This document shows, piece after piece, positions 11,159 through 22,750 of a stretch of DNA of 64,000 nt. A program made the position numbers and the translations under genes. Source of the DNA: Macrostomum hystrix (taxonomy: Eukaryota; Animalia; Platyhelminthes); the NCBI GenBank assembly GCA_950097015.1, contig CATNEN010000015.1:1426001-1490000 (forward strand), read 5' to 3'. Below the pieces are notes generated by a model. It saw nothing but the letters and a program-made list of their open reading frames with translations. It was not told the origin of the DNA and did not search any database. How positions within the stretch are numbered: position 1 is the first letter of the stretch; every line of letters begins with the position of its first letter.

Positions 11159-13441
11159 TCACATCTGCAGCAGCATTCGCATTTCACGAAGGTTGATCGG
11201 CGTAACATCCTCCCACCAAGTCATGTGGGAATAATCATGATAGTATATATCCTCATAAGGATACAGTCCGTTAGGATTAAAGTACAAGCAATTGTTGAAC
11301 CACCAGCCACCCGACCCACGATTTTGTGAACACGAATAATTTGGAGACCAATCATTGTCGCTGTCCATAGTAGAGAAGCGCATTCCTCTGTGGTTCGCCA
11401 TGGCATCGTATCCGACAGTGGACCTGTCCCACAGCATCTCTCGGTACGTCATCTCATATTTGGTGCTGGCGTTTCCCACCTGGAATCCAGCATACTCAGC
11501 ATGCAGCTCAGTCCCATTCCACAGCTTCATCTCCACTCTGAGTGTGGCACCGCCTGAGCACAGCGAGTGGATGGCGGAGAGACCTGCGGAAGTTTTACGA
11601 AGTTCGTTTGCTACATCACTGCTATAGCTATGCGAATAATCAGTTTTTTGATAAATTATGAAACCAAGATAATATGTACTCTAAGCCAACGCAACTTTCA
11701 TTCAAAGTGCCCTGAAACAAAATGCTGTAGTGCCTTGTGCATTCTGGAAGTTTTGCACGAAAATGGTGACATCAGTTGGTAAATAAAGTCAAACATCATA
11801 ACGTCGATAAGGCATACGCTTATTCTGAAATACAACTACCAGGCGAAGCATTGTATCCCAGTAACTCACCAATCCAAAAGTTCTCTTCGTTTCCGAATCC
11901 AGATTCATAATCTTCCCAACTACGACGAAAATCAACGCTCCCATAAATTCTTTGTTGTATAGCAACAAATATTTTGTTTGCGGCAGTGACAACCAGTCCT
12001 CTGTGCAATATTTTCAGCCGTGCGATGCTAAGAAGCCTCTCGTATGAAGATCTCATGGAACTGCGGAGATAAACATCGTTTTCGTCAGTCTTCCAGGAAG
12101 AAGGAATTTCGTCAGACTTCAGCAGACAAAGATCGGGCAGCGCTGAAGTCAGCTGCCACTTCACGTGACGCCAGAAGTCAGCTGGCACAGCCCGCAAGAT
12201 AAATCTGTTGATACAAAAGTGGAGCATCATTATGAATTAAAAATGCTTTTCTAATGCAAAGTAGACTTTCGTTATAACAATGTAAACAACCACACCTACT
12301 TCATGATTTGGCACTGTTTCAAGGCTCGACAAGACAGCCTTACATGGGCGGATCTCCCATCCGAAGACACATTTAAAGGGCCAATCGAGATTCTAGGACT
12401 AAAGACAGGCCTTATTATGCTCTGAGCACTCCGAAATTTCATAAAGGTGACTGAGCCAGGTGCCAGATCAGCTAGCTGAGATCTGACAGCATCTAGTGTT
12501 GCGCTGTCTTCGAGTATAAACTCCAGCTCAAGATAAAACATTCCGCGGCTGCTGTCATACATGACAGGTTGGCTGCTCAGGCTGATGATGTTGTGACAGA
12601 GCAGCGGCTCGATGAGGAAGTGACTCGGGGCATCACGTCTCTGGTTCACGCGGACCGAGCAGCTGGCGACTGTGACAATTCGAACGAGTTCAAGTTGTCG
12701 GCACAATGGCAGGTCTGTGTCGCTGTCAGCTCGCAAGCTCGATTCCTGAGCACCTTCTCTGCGCATCACCAGCTTGTATTTCATTTTCATAACTCTCTTG
12801 CCCAGAGTGATTGATGCAGAAAGTGCCACTTGATTGAATTCCTTCATGGGACCAGTACTTGTCTGAGACCTAAAAATAAATAAAAAAGATCGAGGTAGCG
12901 TCATAATCTTACCAGAGCTGATGTGCGAATGACGAATGTTTTCAGCGCAAACTCACGCTAGTAAGAAGGCCGAATAAAAGTCGTTGAACCACAGTCTCAG
13001 GTGCCCAATGGACTCTCCCGGTCTCCAAACGAATTCGGCGGATTCGAACACTTGGTTTCCTCCGATGGAGGCTTTGATGTCCGTCACAATTGCGAAGTTG
13101 ACATGCTTCGGTGAAACGCTTCTGAGCCGGAAATAAACTTCAGGTAGCAAAGTATCGTCCGTCAGCATCACAGGAACACTGACGTACACCTGCTGCCTGA
13201 TCAGATCGACTCTGGGAGTCAGGCTCTGCAGCTTGTCGGTGACGCACATTGCCGGCTCGATGGCGAAGTGCGAGCCGTTGCTCTCCACCGAGTGGTGCGC
13301 GAACAGCGGGCAGCCGCGCACCCGGAGCTGGGTGACGAAGTCCGAGCGAATGCACTGAGAGACCTGACCGGCTGCCAGCGAACATAGCAGCAGGGCCAAT
13401 ATGAAGGTGCAGATCAAAAGATTTGCTATTATATTTCTCAT
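11159..13441 (-). CDS. Secreted fibrinogen-related (FReD) protein, copy B, 4 exons, ~604 aa
   Basis: Exons 13441-12957, 12869-12300, 12204-11870 and 11583-11159 (485+570+335+425 = 1815 nt). GT-AG introns in phases 2,2,1; same fibrinogen motifs as copy A. Confidence 0.9.
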
Positions 13442-16400
13442 TCTTGTCGTGGATTTCAAATCTAATAAAATAAAAAGGCTAATTGCTTAAATTTGTTACT
13501 CACTAACATACCTTTCTACTGTTTCTGTAATTCACGATTATATATTAAACTTCGAAAGTCACTTGCTGGAAGCGACAAGTTTATGCACTGCAGATTCATT
13601 TTTAGTCATCACGAGATTTATTTGATCCAGCGACAATTTGTTCAAAATTCTGTCCGACTAGATATTTTGGTTGCGTTTGTATTAATAGAAATATTAACTT
13701 TCCACTGAATATCAGCTCGCTGACTAGCATGCTGATTTGTCTTCTATTTACTTCAGCTTTTAATTTTAAGGTACTTCGTACTTAATTTATCCCTGGCGAA
13801 ATCAGTTTCTTTGTTTATTTCGGCAAATACTTATTTAGTACTTAGAGAAGACCATGAATAGCTGTCATGTGATGCATTCACAGCATGGCTTCAAAGCGAG
13901 CCTTTACTGGACATCAGTACATACGCAATGGGCCGCTGAAGTGCTACCAGTGCCAGAGGTAATCTTATTTTTCGATGTTTTGCTTAGAGATGATGGTAGC
14001 GAAGCAGCAAAGGCTGCGCTGCCTCACCTGAGAAATAGTACTGAGAGGAAAGGCACTTGATGAGAATCTGGTTGATGAGAACCAACGCCACTGTGTTTAC
14101 CCGCTTTCTCCCCGAGTTCGTTTAGGCCAGAAACCTTGTGGTGCCTAGTGGATATCTAAGACAACGTTTCAGCAAACATCTTTCCTTTTTGCGGTCCAAA
14201 TAGACGTGTCACTCGTCTCGATTCTGCTCCGAAAACTGCAAGACAAGACCAAGGTTCGTTAGGTTCGTAACATTCGCCCCTGCTGCATTGAGGCTGACCA
14301 CAGTCTTATTACTTGCGAAGTTGACCTTCGATGGACCAAATATAAAAAGTCTCCCGCGTCCCCCTATAGGCGAAATTCTGCTACTCGGGAAGCTTTTGTC
14401 TCAAAAGTTCTGAGCGCCGTTTCTGCATGGTCCTGAAACTTCTGCGAGACCTTCACTGCTGCTATTCAAGCTGCGGCCGACATCCTTCCCAGACACACAG
14501 CTAATAGACCAAAGGCAATCTGGGATGCGGATCCTGAAATTGCGCTCGCTTGACGACGAGTCCAAAGTGCCGCTGCTCGCGATGGTCCCGACAGCGAGCA
14601 TGCTTTGGCCCTCCACAATGAATTTCAACGCATCTAGGCTGCCACAATCGAGAAGTACACCGAAGAAGCAGTGTCTGAAATTTAGGTCGCCTCTGACACG
14701 TGCAAGCATGCTGCTGCATGGCGTGCTATCAACAAGCAAGGACTACTTAAGTAGATACTACTATACTACTACTATTTAGTAGATAATTCTAATAATTCTT
14801 CAGTCGTCCTTGTCAACAAGCTGACCGGTCGGAGACCTAGACCTAGCGCAGTCGTTAGAGCTTCCTCTGTCGAAGAAAGAAAAGCCACTCTTGCTGCTCA
14901 CTACCACGAAGTTCACCACGCTCCGCCTCCTGACAATGGACCTCTTCCGATTCCGGACTTCAATCCGTCTGCTCCAAGCAGTTTTAATACTGGGTCCATT
15001 TCTTCCACTGAAGTCCGTCAAGCATTGGCCACTACACACTCCGATGCCGCAGCTGGTGTTGACGAAATTCCTCCTCGGGTGCTCAAGCTCCCTGAGTTCT
15101 TGCACGTAATAACAAACTTGCTTAATAAGCACACCATCCTTGGAGGAAACCTAGATGCTCACGCTCCATCTGCTTGGCGAACTTCGAAAATTGCTTCCAT
15201 CCCAAAGTGCCGTCAACTAGCCTTGATAATCAGCGTGGCATTGTTCTCCAGTGTACTCTCTGCTAGCTGCTCAATTCTATCCTTCGAAACCGCTTGCTCA
15301 CAGGCTTGATCATCTGCTCCTTAGCGTTCAAAGACCAGTAAGATCTACTACCGAGCAGATCATCAGCCTCCGCATCACCATCGAAGCCTTGGCTTGTCAT
15401 AATGTTTATGACTCGGCTCGTCAATCGTCACTCGTCCCAATTGTGTTTATAGACTTCCGGAAGGCTTTTGACTCGGTGGCGCTTACTTCACTTAATTACT
15501 TAATTGCAGGGGGGCCTGGGGCACTTGACGCACAAGCGCAGGAACGGCATGCCCCCAAGCCGGCGAACTAGGCGGGAGTCGCCCATTGCGCAATCTAGAC
15601 CCCTGAACACAGGCACCTCATACACAGCCGCAAGCCATGCGGGGAAGGGGGCGGCAGCCGGAGTGCCTCTCACCCCAGGCGCGCACACGCACAGAGCTGA
15701 CCAAACCAGGGGAGGACTTAGATGCCTGAAAAGAGTAGGGACGAGAGGACCAAGCCACGCGCGCAGACGGCTGGTGAAACCTCGCCGCTCAGAGCACGCA
15801 TGGCTGGTGCACACCCGCCCCACCCCCCATTACGACGCCTCACACCCGGCCCAACGCACAAACACAAACACAAACAAGCAGGCATGCTTGCAGGCAGGCA
15901 GGGGTTAAGCTATTTTTAATTAGCTTTGCTTGCACAGAATAAGGTGCATCTCCGCAAGTCACTACTTCGCAAACCTCCAACTATGCCCCGAAATAATCGT
16001 GACTTGGAGGGACAAACGAACCAGCGACCATTGGAAAGTGAGGCAGCGACATTAGCCGCTGACCCACTCACCCCCGACTCGGTGGCGCGCTCGATTATCT
16101 CCTGGTTGCTGGCCCAGTACAGGGTTCCAGCTGCGCTGATCACTGATGTCACTGACCTCTACATGGACCACGCGTGCCTTCGTCGAGACTCCTGATGGGC
16201 CAACGGTCGAATATGTCACCTCATAAAGAGTTCTTCAATATGATACCTGGGCCCCATGTCTTTTTATCTTGTTCGTCGACTACATCCTGCGACGCGCAGG
16301 ATGATGATGGCTTCATCATGACAAATCGTCGAGGTCCGCGCCACCCTTCCGTCACCCTCGGTGCAATTGCTTTCGCTGACGACATCGCTCTTACCTGCAA

Positions 16401-16500
16401 GGACCCGTGTGCTGCTCAACGCGCCGTCACCAGACTTTTCGAAAAAGCCGCCCGATTTGGCCTGGTGGTCAATGCCCGCAAAACCGAGGTTCTTTACGTG
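13131..16500. repeat. Segmental duplication unit 2 (counterpart of 4660-7260)
   Basis: Near-identical to unit 1, but retains RT sequence deleted from unit 1 and carries the SINE insertion. Confidence 0.9.
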
Positions 16501-16885
16501 GGAACCGAAAACAGTCCATCGCTGTCTCTCCCGAGTAGTGAGAAATCATGGCCTGCGGCGACTTTCGCTACCTCAGTTCCCTCGTCATGACCCCCGAGAC
16601 CATCATCGCCGATCGAAGGACGCAAGCTGCCATCAAGCTGCGCCTGGTTTTCTCCTCTGCTTCCCCCCGACAAATAAAAGATGAAGATTTTTCATGCTGC
16701 CCTCGAAACCATCCTGCTCTACGGCCTGGAGGCGGTCCCCGTGACTCAATCGAGGGAAAGAAGTATCGACGCCTCACACATAGCCCTTCCTCTCTATGCT
16801 ATCGGTATCCGCTACCCAGAGACCATCTCCAACCGTGAACTGAGGAGACGGACGGGCGCTCTTCCGGTCAGCACGCTTGTCCGTC
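14070..16885 (+). mobile_element. RTE-clade-like LINE remnant, copy 2 (longer, interrupted by a SINE)
   Basis: Same motifs as copy 1, plus AWRTSKI..IPK and the RT C-terminus KIFHAALETILLYGLEA...ISNRELRRRTG (ORF 16681-16974). Degenerate. Confidence 0.85.
15483..16075 (-). mobile_element. tRNA-headed SINE-like insertion (~593 bp) with a 13-bp TSD
   Basis: GACTCGGTGGCGC flanks it at 15470-15482 and 16076-16088, and the insert is absent from RTE copy 1. The minus-strand 5' end GGGGGTGAGTGGGTCAGCGG...GGTTCG has A-box/B-box-like motifs; the 3' tail is a short repeat (AATTAAGTAATTAAGTGAAGTAA). Confidence 0.75.
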
Positions 16886-17581
16886 GCAGGCGGTACATTA
16901 ACAGCACCGTTTCAGAATTCGATTGTTTGAGTTTAGTAGATTTATCATGCATTTTGGCTAAGTGCGTGTGTTAGATGCTTAAATATATTAAACTCTATTA
17001 AATGCTAGTAAATTCAAACAAGAAGAAGCATGTGCTTAATTTGTCTGAAGCGTGTGTTGTGCAAATACTGACTATTTTCTGTTTAACTTAGATCTTGACT
17101 GTCAATTTTCAAAATTAAAGAATATAGACTACCGAAGCCTCACCAGCAAGGATCATGTGAAGCTGAGTGCTCGCAGGATTCCACGCCTGCTAATACCGGA
17201 CCTGAAAGATCAGCGGCAGCGCGTGTGCCGTGAGACAATCTGGAGCGTGTCAGGCAACATGGTGGATGGGAAATGTTTCGACAAATTGTTGTCATTGGTG
17301 ACGAGACGTGTGTGCCACATTTTTATCACATTTTTATCAAATTTTTGAGCTAGGAAAGTGCATGCAATGCCGAGGGCTTTATTGCTTCCCTCGCAAAATT
17401 AGGAGCGTGAATAACGAATCGTATTCTATTCGAGATTTTCTTGACTATATAATGGAGGCTTCAGTCTCAGTCGATAGCTTGGATTACAAATAAAAACACG
17501 CAGAACCCTTTCAATGCGTCAAAAAGACAAACACCCTAAGTTCGCCATGCACAACTCTAAAATAGTTTTCATGTCTGTTCA

Positions 17582-18149
17582 GTTTTACTCCCGATTCGCC
17601 GAATCCCGGTTCGCCGATTCCCGAATCGCCGATTCCTGATTCGCCGAATCCCGATTCCCGATTCGCCGAATTCCTGATTCGCCGATTCCTAATTCGCCGA
17701 ATTCCCTATTCGTCTAAAAAATTGCTAAGAACATTTTGCTGAGCTAACGTACCTCATTAAAGTTTTACTTTCGGCTCTACAAGGATGTCCAGCAAGTTTT
17801 GCTTTTTCCGAAGTACGTGTGATGTTCTTCATTTGCTCACTCAATCTACGTTCCAGAAAGTTAATAAAGTTTAGAAGCAAGTTTACAAGTTAATGAATCA
17901 AGAAAGTGCATTTCATTTAAGTTAGTTTTTTAATTAATTTCAATTCAAAAGAAATAAAGTTCCAATGTTTGACCAACACTCAAAAATGGCAATGGTTATG
18001 TGGTTTAATTTTAATTTATGATAAAGTAAGATGTATTAAATCAGGATTCGGCGAATCAGGATTCGAGTCAGGAATTTCGGAAAGGCCAGGAATTTCGGCA
18101 AATCGGGAATTCGGCGAGTCAGGAATTTCGGCGAATCGGGAGTAAACCA
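17582..18149. mobile_element. Non-autonomous foldback/MITE-like DNA element with an 8-bp TSD
   Basis: TCTGTTCA at 17574-17581 and 18150-18157; copy B has a single TCTGTTCA at the homologous site (~11154-11161). Termini TTTACTCCCGATTCGCCGAA are inverted, each arm is built of GATTCGCCGAA-type subrepeats, and the core is AT-rich and non-coding. Confidence 0.88.
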
Positions 18150-18154
18150 TCTGT

Positions 18155-21100
18155 TCACATCTGCAGCAGCATTCGCATTTCACGAAGGTTAATCGGCGTA
18201 ACATCTTCCCACCAAGTCATGTAAGAATAATCCTCATAGCGTTTATCCTCATAAGGATACAGTCCGTTAGGATTAAAGTACAAGCAACCGTTGAACCACC
18301 AGCCACCCGACCCACGATTTTGTGAACACGAATAATTTAGAGTCCTATCATTGTCGCTGTCCATAGTAGAGAAGCGCATTCCTCTGTGGCTCGCCATGGC
18401 ATCGTATCTGACAGTGGACCTGTCCCACAGCATCTCTCGGTACGTCATCTCATATTTGGTGCTGGCGTTTCCCACCTGGAATCCAGCATACTCAGCATGC
18501 AGCTCAGTCCCATTCCACAGCTTCATCTCCACTCTGAGTGTGGCACCGCCTGCGCTCAGCGAGTGGATGGCGGAGAGACCTGCGGAAGTTTTACGAAGTT
18601 CGTTTGCTACATCTCTGCTATACTACGGGTGTCATAAGTAATGTCACTGCGGTTGTTGTGCGGGAACCCAAAGCAATTATCATCCAAATATATTATATTC
18701 TTCTGAAAGTACATTTATTGAGAAGTTGCCACCACACCTGAGCAGCAATTTTAATGTCTATGGCCAAAACTGTCGCAAGAATTTGTTAATCAGATTTAGC
18801 AAGCGCAACGCGATGAAATCTTATTTTTGCAACGAGCAAAACTCAACATGAATCACGACAAGACGCACATCCAGTTCTACGCTTTCATTCGCTTCAAGCT
18901 TGGAAAATCTGCACTTGAAGTAGAGGAGGATCTCCGGAACACACTGCCAGACAACTGCCCAACTCGCAGGACAATTTACAGGTGGTTTCAGAACTTTACT
19001 GATCCTGGGTTCTAATTGGGAGATGCCGCCAGATCTGGACGACCATGTTCAACCAGGACAATAGAGAACATCGAAGTCATCAGCGACCTGGTCAAAGAAG
19101 ATCCGCGGCAGTCTGTCAGGGAGCTAGCGGACTGCTTGGAGATTGATTTCAAGACAGTCCATCGCATCTTGACAGAGGATCTCCATCTCCGAAACGTCTG
19201 CTCGGTCTGGGTGCCCCATGACCTCACTGCGGACCAACGTCAGGCCCGTGTGAACTGCGCCAATCAGATCCGCAAGGTGTTTAGCAGCCGGGGCTTGGAT
19301 GACATCCTAAACTGCCTGGTTGTTGAGGATGAGACCTGGCTCCACCTGGATGGCAAAAGCAGCAAGGCAGACAATCGCTGCTGGCTGGGAGCTCGGGACT
19401 CCAGGCTGACTGTGACCAGGAGGTCCATCTCAGACAAGAAGACGATGCTGCTGGTGGCATTCACGCCAAACAAACGAGTCTCCATCTGTACAACTCCGCC
19501 AAACACCAAGGTCGATGGCCAGTACTTCATCGACTTTGTCCGACACACTGGGAACCTCTGGCGCACGCTCCGGTCAAACCCGATTCACCTGAACGAAGTT
19601 CTGTGGCAGATGGACAACGCACGGCCCCACACCTGTCAGGCTGTTTCGGATTTTCTGGCTGGACGGCGAGTAAATCTGCTCTGGCAGAGTCCCTACAGCC
19701 CAGACTTCAACTTGTGCGACAGTTTTCTCTTTAAATGGCTGAAGGCAGACTTTTCCCAGAGAAGTTTCGCAAACCATGATGAGGTCAAAGAAGACGCGTT
19801 GCACTGGTTCCGACAGCTGGAGGAAAAACACCTACAGGCTGAGGTAGAGAAGCTGTACGAGCACTGTCAGAGGGTGATTGATATTGGGGGACACTATGTT
19901 GTTGATTGATACAGTTTCGTTCATCTGCGATTGTTAGTTGGTCTGTTTTACCCTCAGTGACAATACTTATGACACACCCGAAGTAGCTATGCGAATAATC
20001 AGTTTTTTGATAAATTGTGAAACCAAGATAATATGTACTCTAAGCCAACGCAACTTTCATTCAAAGTGCCCTGAAACAAAATGCTGTAGTGCCTTGTGCA
20101 TTCTGGAAGAATGTTTTGCAGGAAAATGCTGACATCAGTTGTTAAATAAAGTCAAACATCATAATGTCGATAAGGCATACGCTTATTCTGAAATACAACT
20201 ACCAGGCGAAGCATTGTATCCCAGTAACTCACCAATCCAAAAGTTCTCTTCGTTTCCGAATCCAGATTCATAATCTTCCCAACTACGACGAAAATCAACG
20301 CTCCTATTAATTCTTTGTTGTATAGCAACAAATATTTTGTTTGCGGCAGTGACAACCAGTCCTCTGTGCAATATTTTCAGCCGTGCGATGCTAAGAAGCC
20401 TGTCGCATGAAGATCTCATGGAACAGCTGAGATAAACATCGTTTTCGTCAGTCTTCCAGGAAGAAGAAATTTCGTCAGACTTCAGCAGACAAAGATCGGG
20501 CAGCACTGAAGTCAGCTGCCACTTCACGTGACGCCAGAAGTCAGCTGGCACAGCCCGCAAGATAAATCTGTTGATACACAAGTGGAGCATCATTATGAAT
20601 TAAAAATGCTTTTCTAATGCAAAGTAGACTTTCGTTATAACAATGTAAACAACCACACCTACTTTATGATTTGGCACTGTTTCAAGGCTCGACAAGACAG
20701 CCTTACATGGGCGGATCTCCCATCCGAAGACACATTTAAAGGGCCAATCGAGATTCTAGGACTAAAGACAGGTCTTATTATGCTCTGAGCACTCCGAAAT
20801 TTCATAAAGGTGACTGAGCCAGGTGCCAGATCAGCTAGCTGAGATCTGACAGCATCTAGTGTTGCGCTGTCTTCCAGTATAAACTCCAGCTCAAGATAAA
20901 ACATTCCGCGGCTGCTGTCATACATGACAGGTTGGCTGCTCAGGCTGATGATGTTGTGGCAGAGCAGCAGCTCGATGAGGAAGTGACTCGGGGCATCACG
21001 TCTCTGGTTCACGCGGACCGAGCAACTGGCGACTGTGACAATTCGAACGAGTTCAAGTTGTCGGCACAATGGCAGGTTTGTGTCGCTGTCAGCACTTAAG

Positions 21101-21807
21101 CTCGATTCCTGAGCACCTTCTCTGCGCATCACCAGCTTGTATTTCATTTTCATAACTCTCTTGCGCAGAGTGATTGATGCAGAAAGTGCCACTTGATTGA
21201 ATGCCTTCATGGGACCAGTACTTGTCTGAGACCTGAAAATAAATAAAAAATATCGAGGTAGCGTCATAATCTTACCAGAGCTGATGTGCGAATGACCAAT
21301 GTTTTCAGCGCAAACTCACGCTAGTAAGAAGGCCGAATAAAAGTCGTTGAACCACAGTCTCAGGTGTCCAATGGACTCTCCCGTTCTCCAAACGAATTCG
21401 GCGGATTCGAACACTTGGTTTCCTCCGATGGAGGCTTTGATGTCCGTCACAATTGCGAAGTTGACATGCTTCGGTGAAACGCTTCTGAGCCGGAAATAAA
21501 CTTCAGGTAGCAAAGTATCGTCCGTCAGCATCACAGGAACACTGACGTACACCTGCTGCCTGATCAGATCGACTCTGGGAGTCAGGCTCTGCAGCTTGTC
21601 GGTGACGCACATTGCCGGCTCGATGGCGAAGTGCGAGCCGTTGCTCTCCACCGAGTGGTGCGCGAACAGCGGGCAGCCGCGCACCCGGAGCTGGGTGACG
21701 AAGTCCGAGCGAATGCACTGAGAGACCTGACCGGCTGCCAGCGAGCAGAACAGCAGGGCCGGCACGTAGCTGAGAATGAGAGTGACTGCCTGAAGTCGCA
21801 TTGTCAT
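18155..21807 (-). CDS. Secreted fibrinogen-related (FReD) protein, copy C, 4 exons, ~605 aa; mariner in intron 3
   Basis: Exons 21807-21320, 21232-20663, 20567-20233 and 18579-18155, all in frame. Body close to copy B (offset 8363 for exons 2-3), but with a different leader MTMRLQAVTLILSYVPALLFCSLAAG. Confidence 0.9.
18623..19983 (+). mobile_element. Full-length mariner (DD34D) transposon with one in-frame stop in the transposase
   Basis: TA TSD at 18621-22 and 19984-85; the empty site GCTATAGCTA is in copy B at 11621-30. TIRs of ~28 bp, CT(A/T)CGGGTGT(GT)CATAAGTA(A/T)TGTCACTG. Transposase 18848-19909 with WVPH, DETW, DNARPH-34 aa-D and YSPD; TAA at 19013-15. Confidence 0.96.
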
Positions 21808-22183
21808 ATCTTTGAGTCATTCGAAACTTTGTGGCATTTTGCGTTCAAAATGTAACTTTAATATATCTACTTTGCGGCATTAGTCACCAGCTGTTTATTT
21901 TCAGCAGGATGTGGTTCGTATGGCTAAGACACGGCTCGTTTTCGACATTTTCGACAGTTTTCGACATAAGAATAATTCAAATTGACAAGAATTTTCTTGT
22001 ATACAAATGCGAAGGTGCCTATGAAGCAAATGATAGCATGAAACAAAGCTTTGCATCGATTGCTTATAAATTGTGACAAGCAAGACGTTCGTTGTGTACA
22101 CAGAATCGGACCAAGGCTTATCGTTTCTGGAAATAGTTTAGCAAGCTTGTTCATCAATTGTCAATTTCATATGGAGTGATGCT

Positions 22184-22410
22184 GTGGTGGAGTGGGTGCT
22201 GTGGTGGAGTGGGTGCTGTGGTGGAGTGGGTGCTGTGGTGGAGTGGGTGCTGTGGTGGAGTGGGTGCAGTGGTGGAGTGGGTGCTGTGGTTGAGTGGGTG
22301 CTGTGGTTGAGTGGGTGCTGTGTTGGAGTGGGTGCTGTGGTGGAGTGGGTGCTGTGGTGGAGTGGGTGCTGTGGTGGAGTGGGTGCTGTGGTGGAGTGGG
22401 TGCTGTGGTG
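22184..22410. repeat. 17-bp minisatellite (GTGGTGGAGTGGGTGCT)n, ~13 copies
   Basis: Periodicity directly visible. Confidence 0.95.
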
Positions 22411-22750
22411 AAGTGCTGTTTGTCACCACACTGACATTGGGTGAACACTAAAGCTATCATGGCTTTGTCTGTTTTAAGGACTAGTTCGAGTTTTGTCTTC
22501 AGTAACTCAGGAGCTAATTACAATGTGAGAATACTTGTGGCAGTTCCTCATTTATTCGCTAAATTTGGCCTGGAGTTTTTATATGTTTGGAATGCCAAGA
22601 TTTCCTGCATCGCTGGATCAAATAATTGCTACTGCGTTAAGACATTTGACGACTACATTTTAAGCTTTTGTTCGTCTTATTGTGTAGATCCCACTGAGAA
22701 ATATTATGATTTTTCCTCTTCCGAGCTATACAATACCTTGGCTAGCTAGC

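Noticed and set aside
4970-21807. Similar spacing of FReD copies (8471 and 8363 bp) as a meaningful period
   Set aside because: The two intervals contain different insertions, so the similar length appears coincidental.
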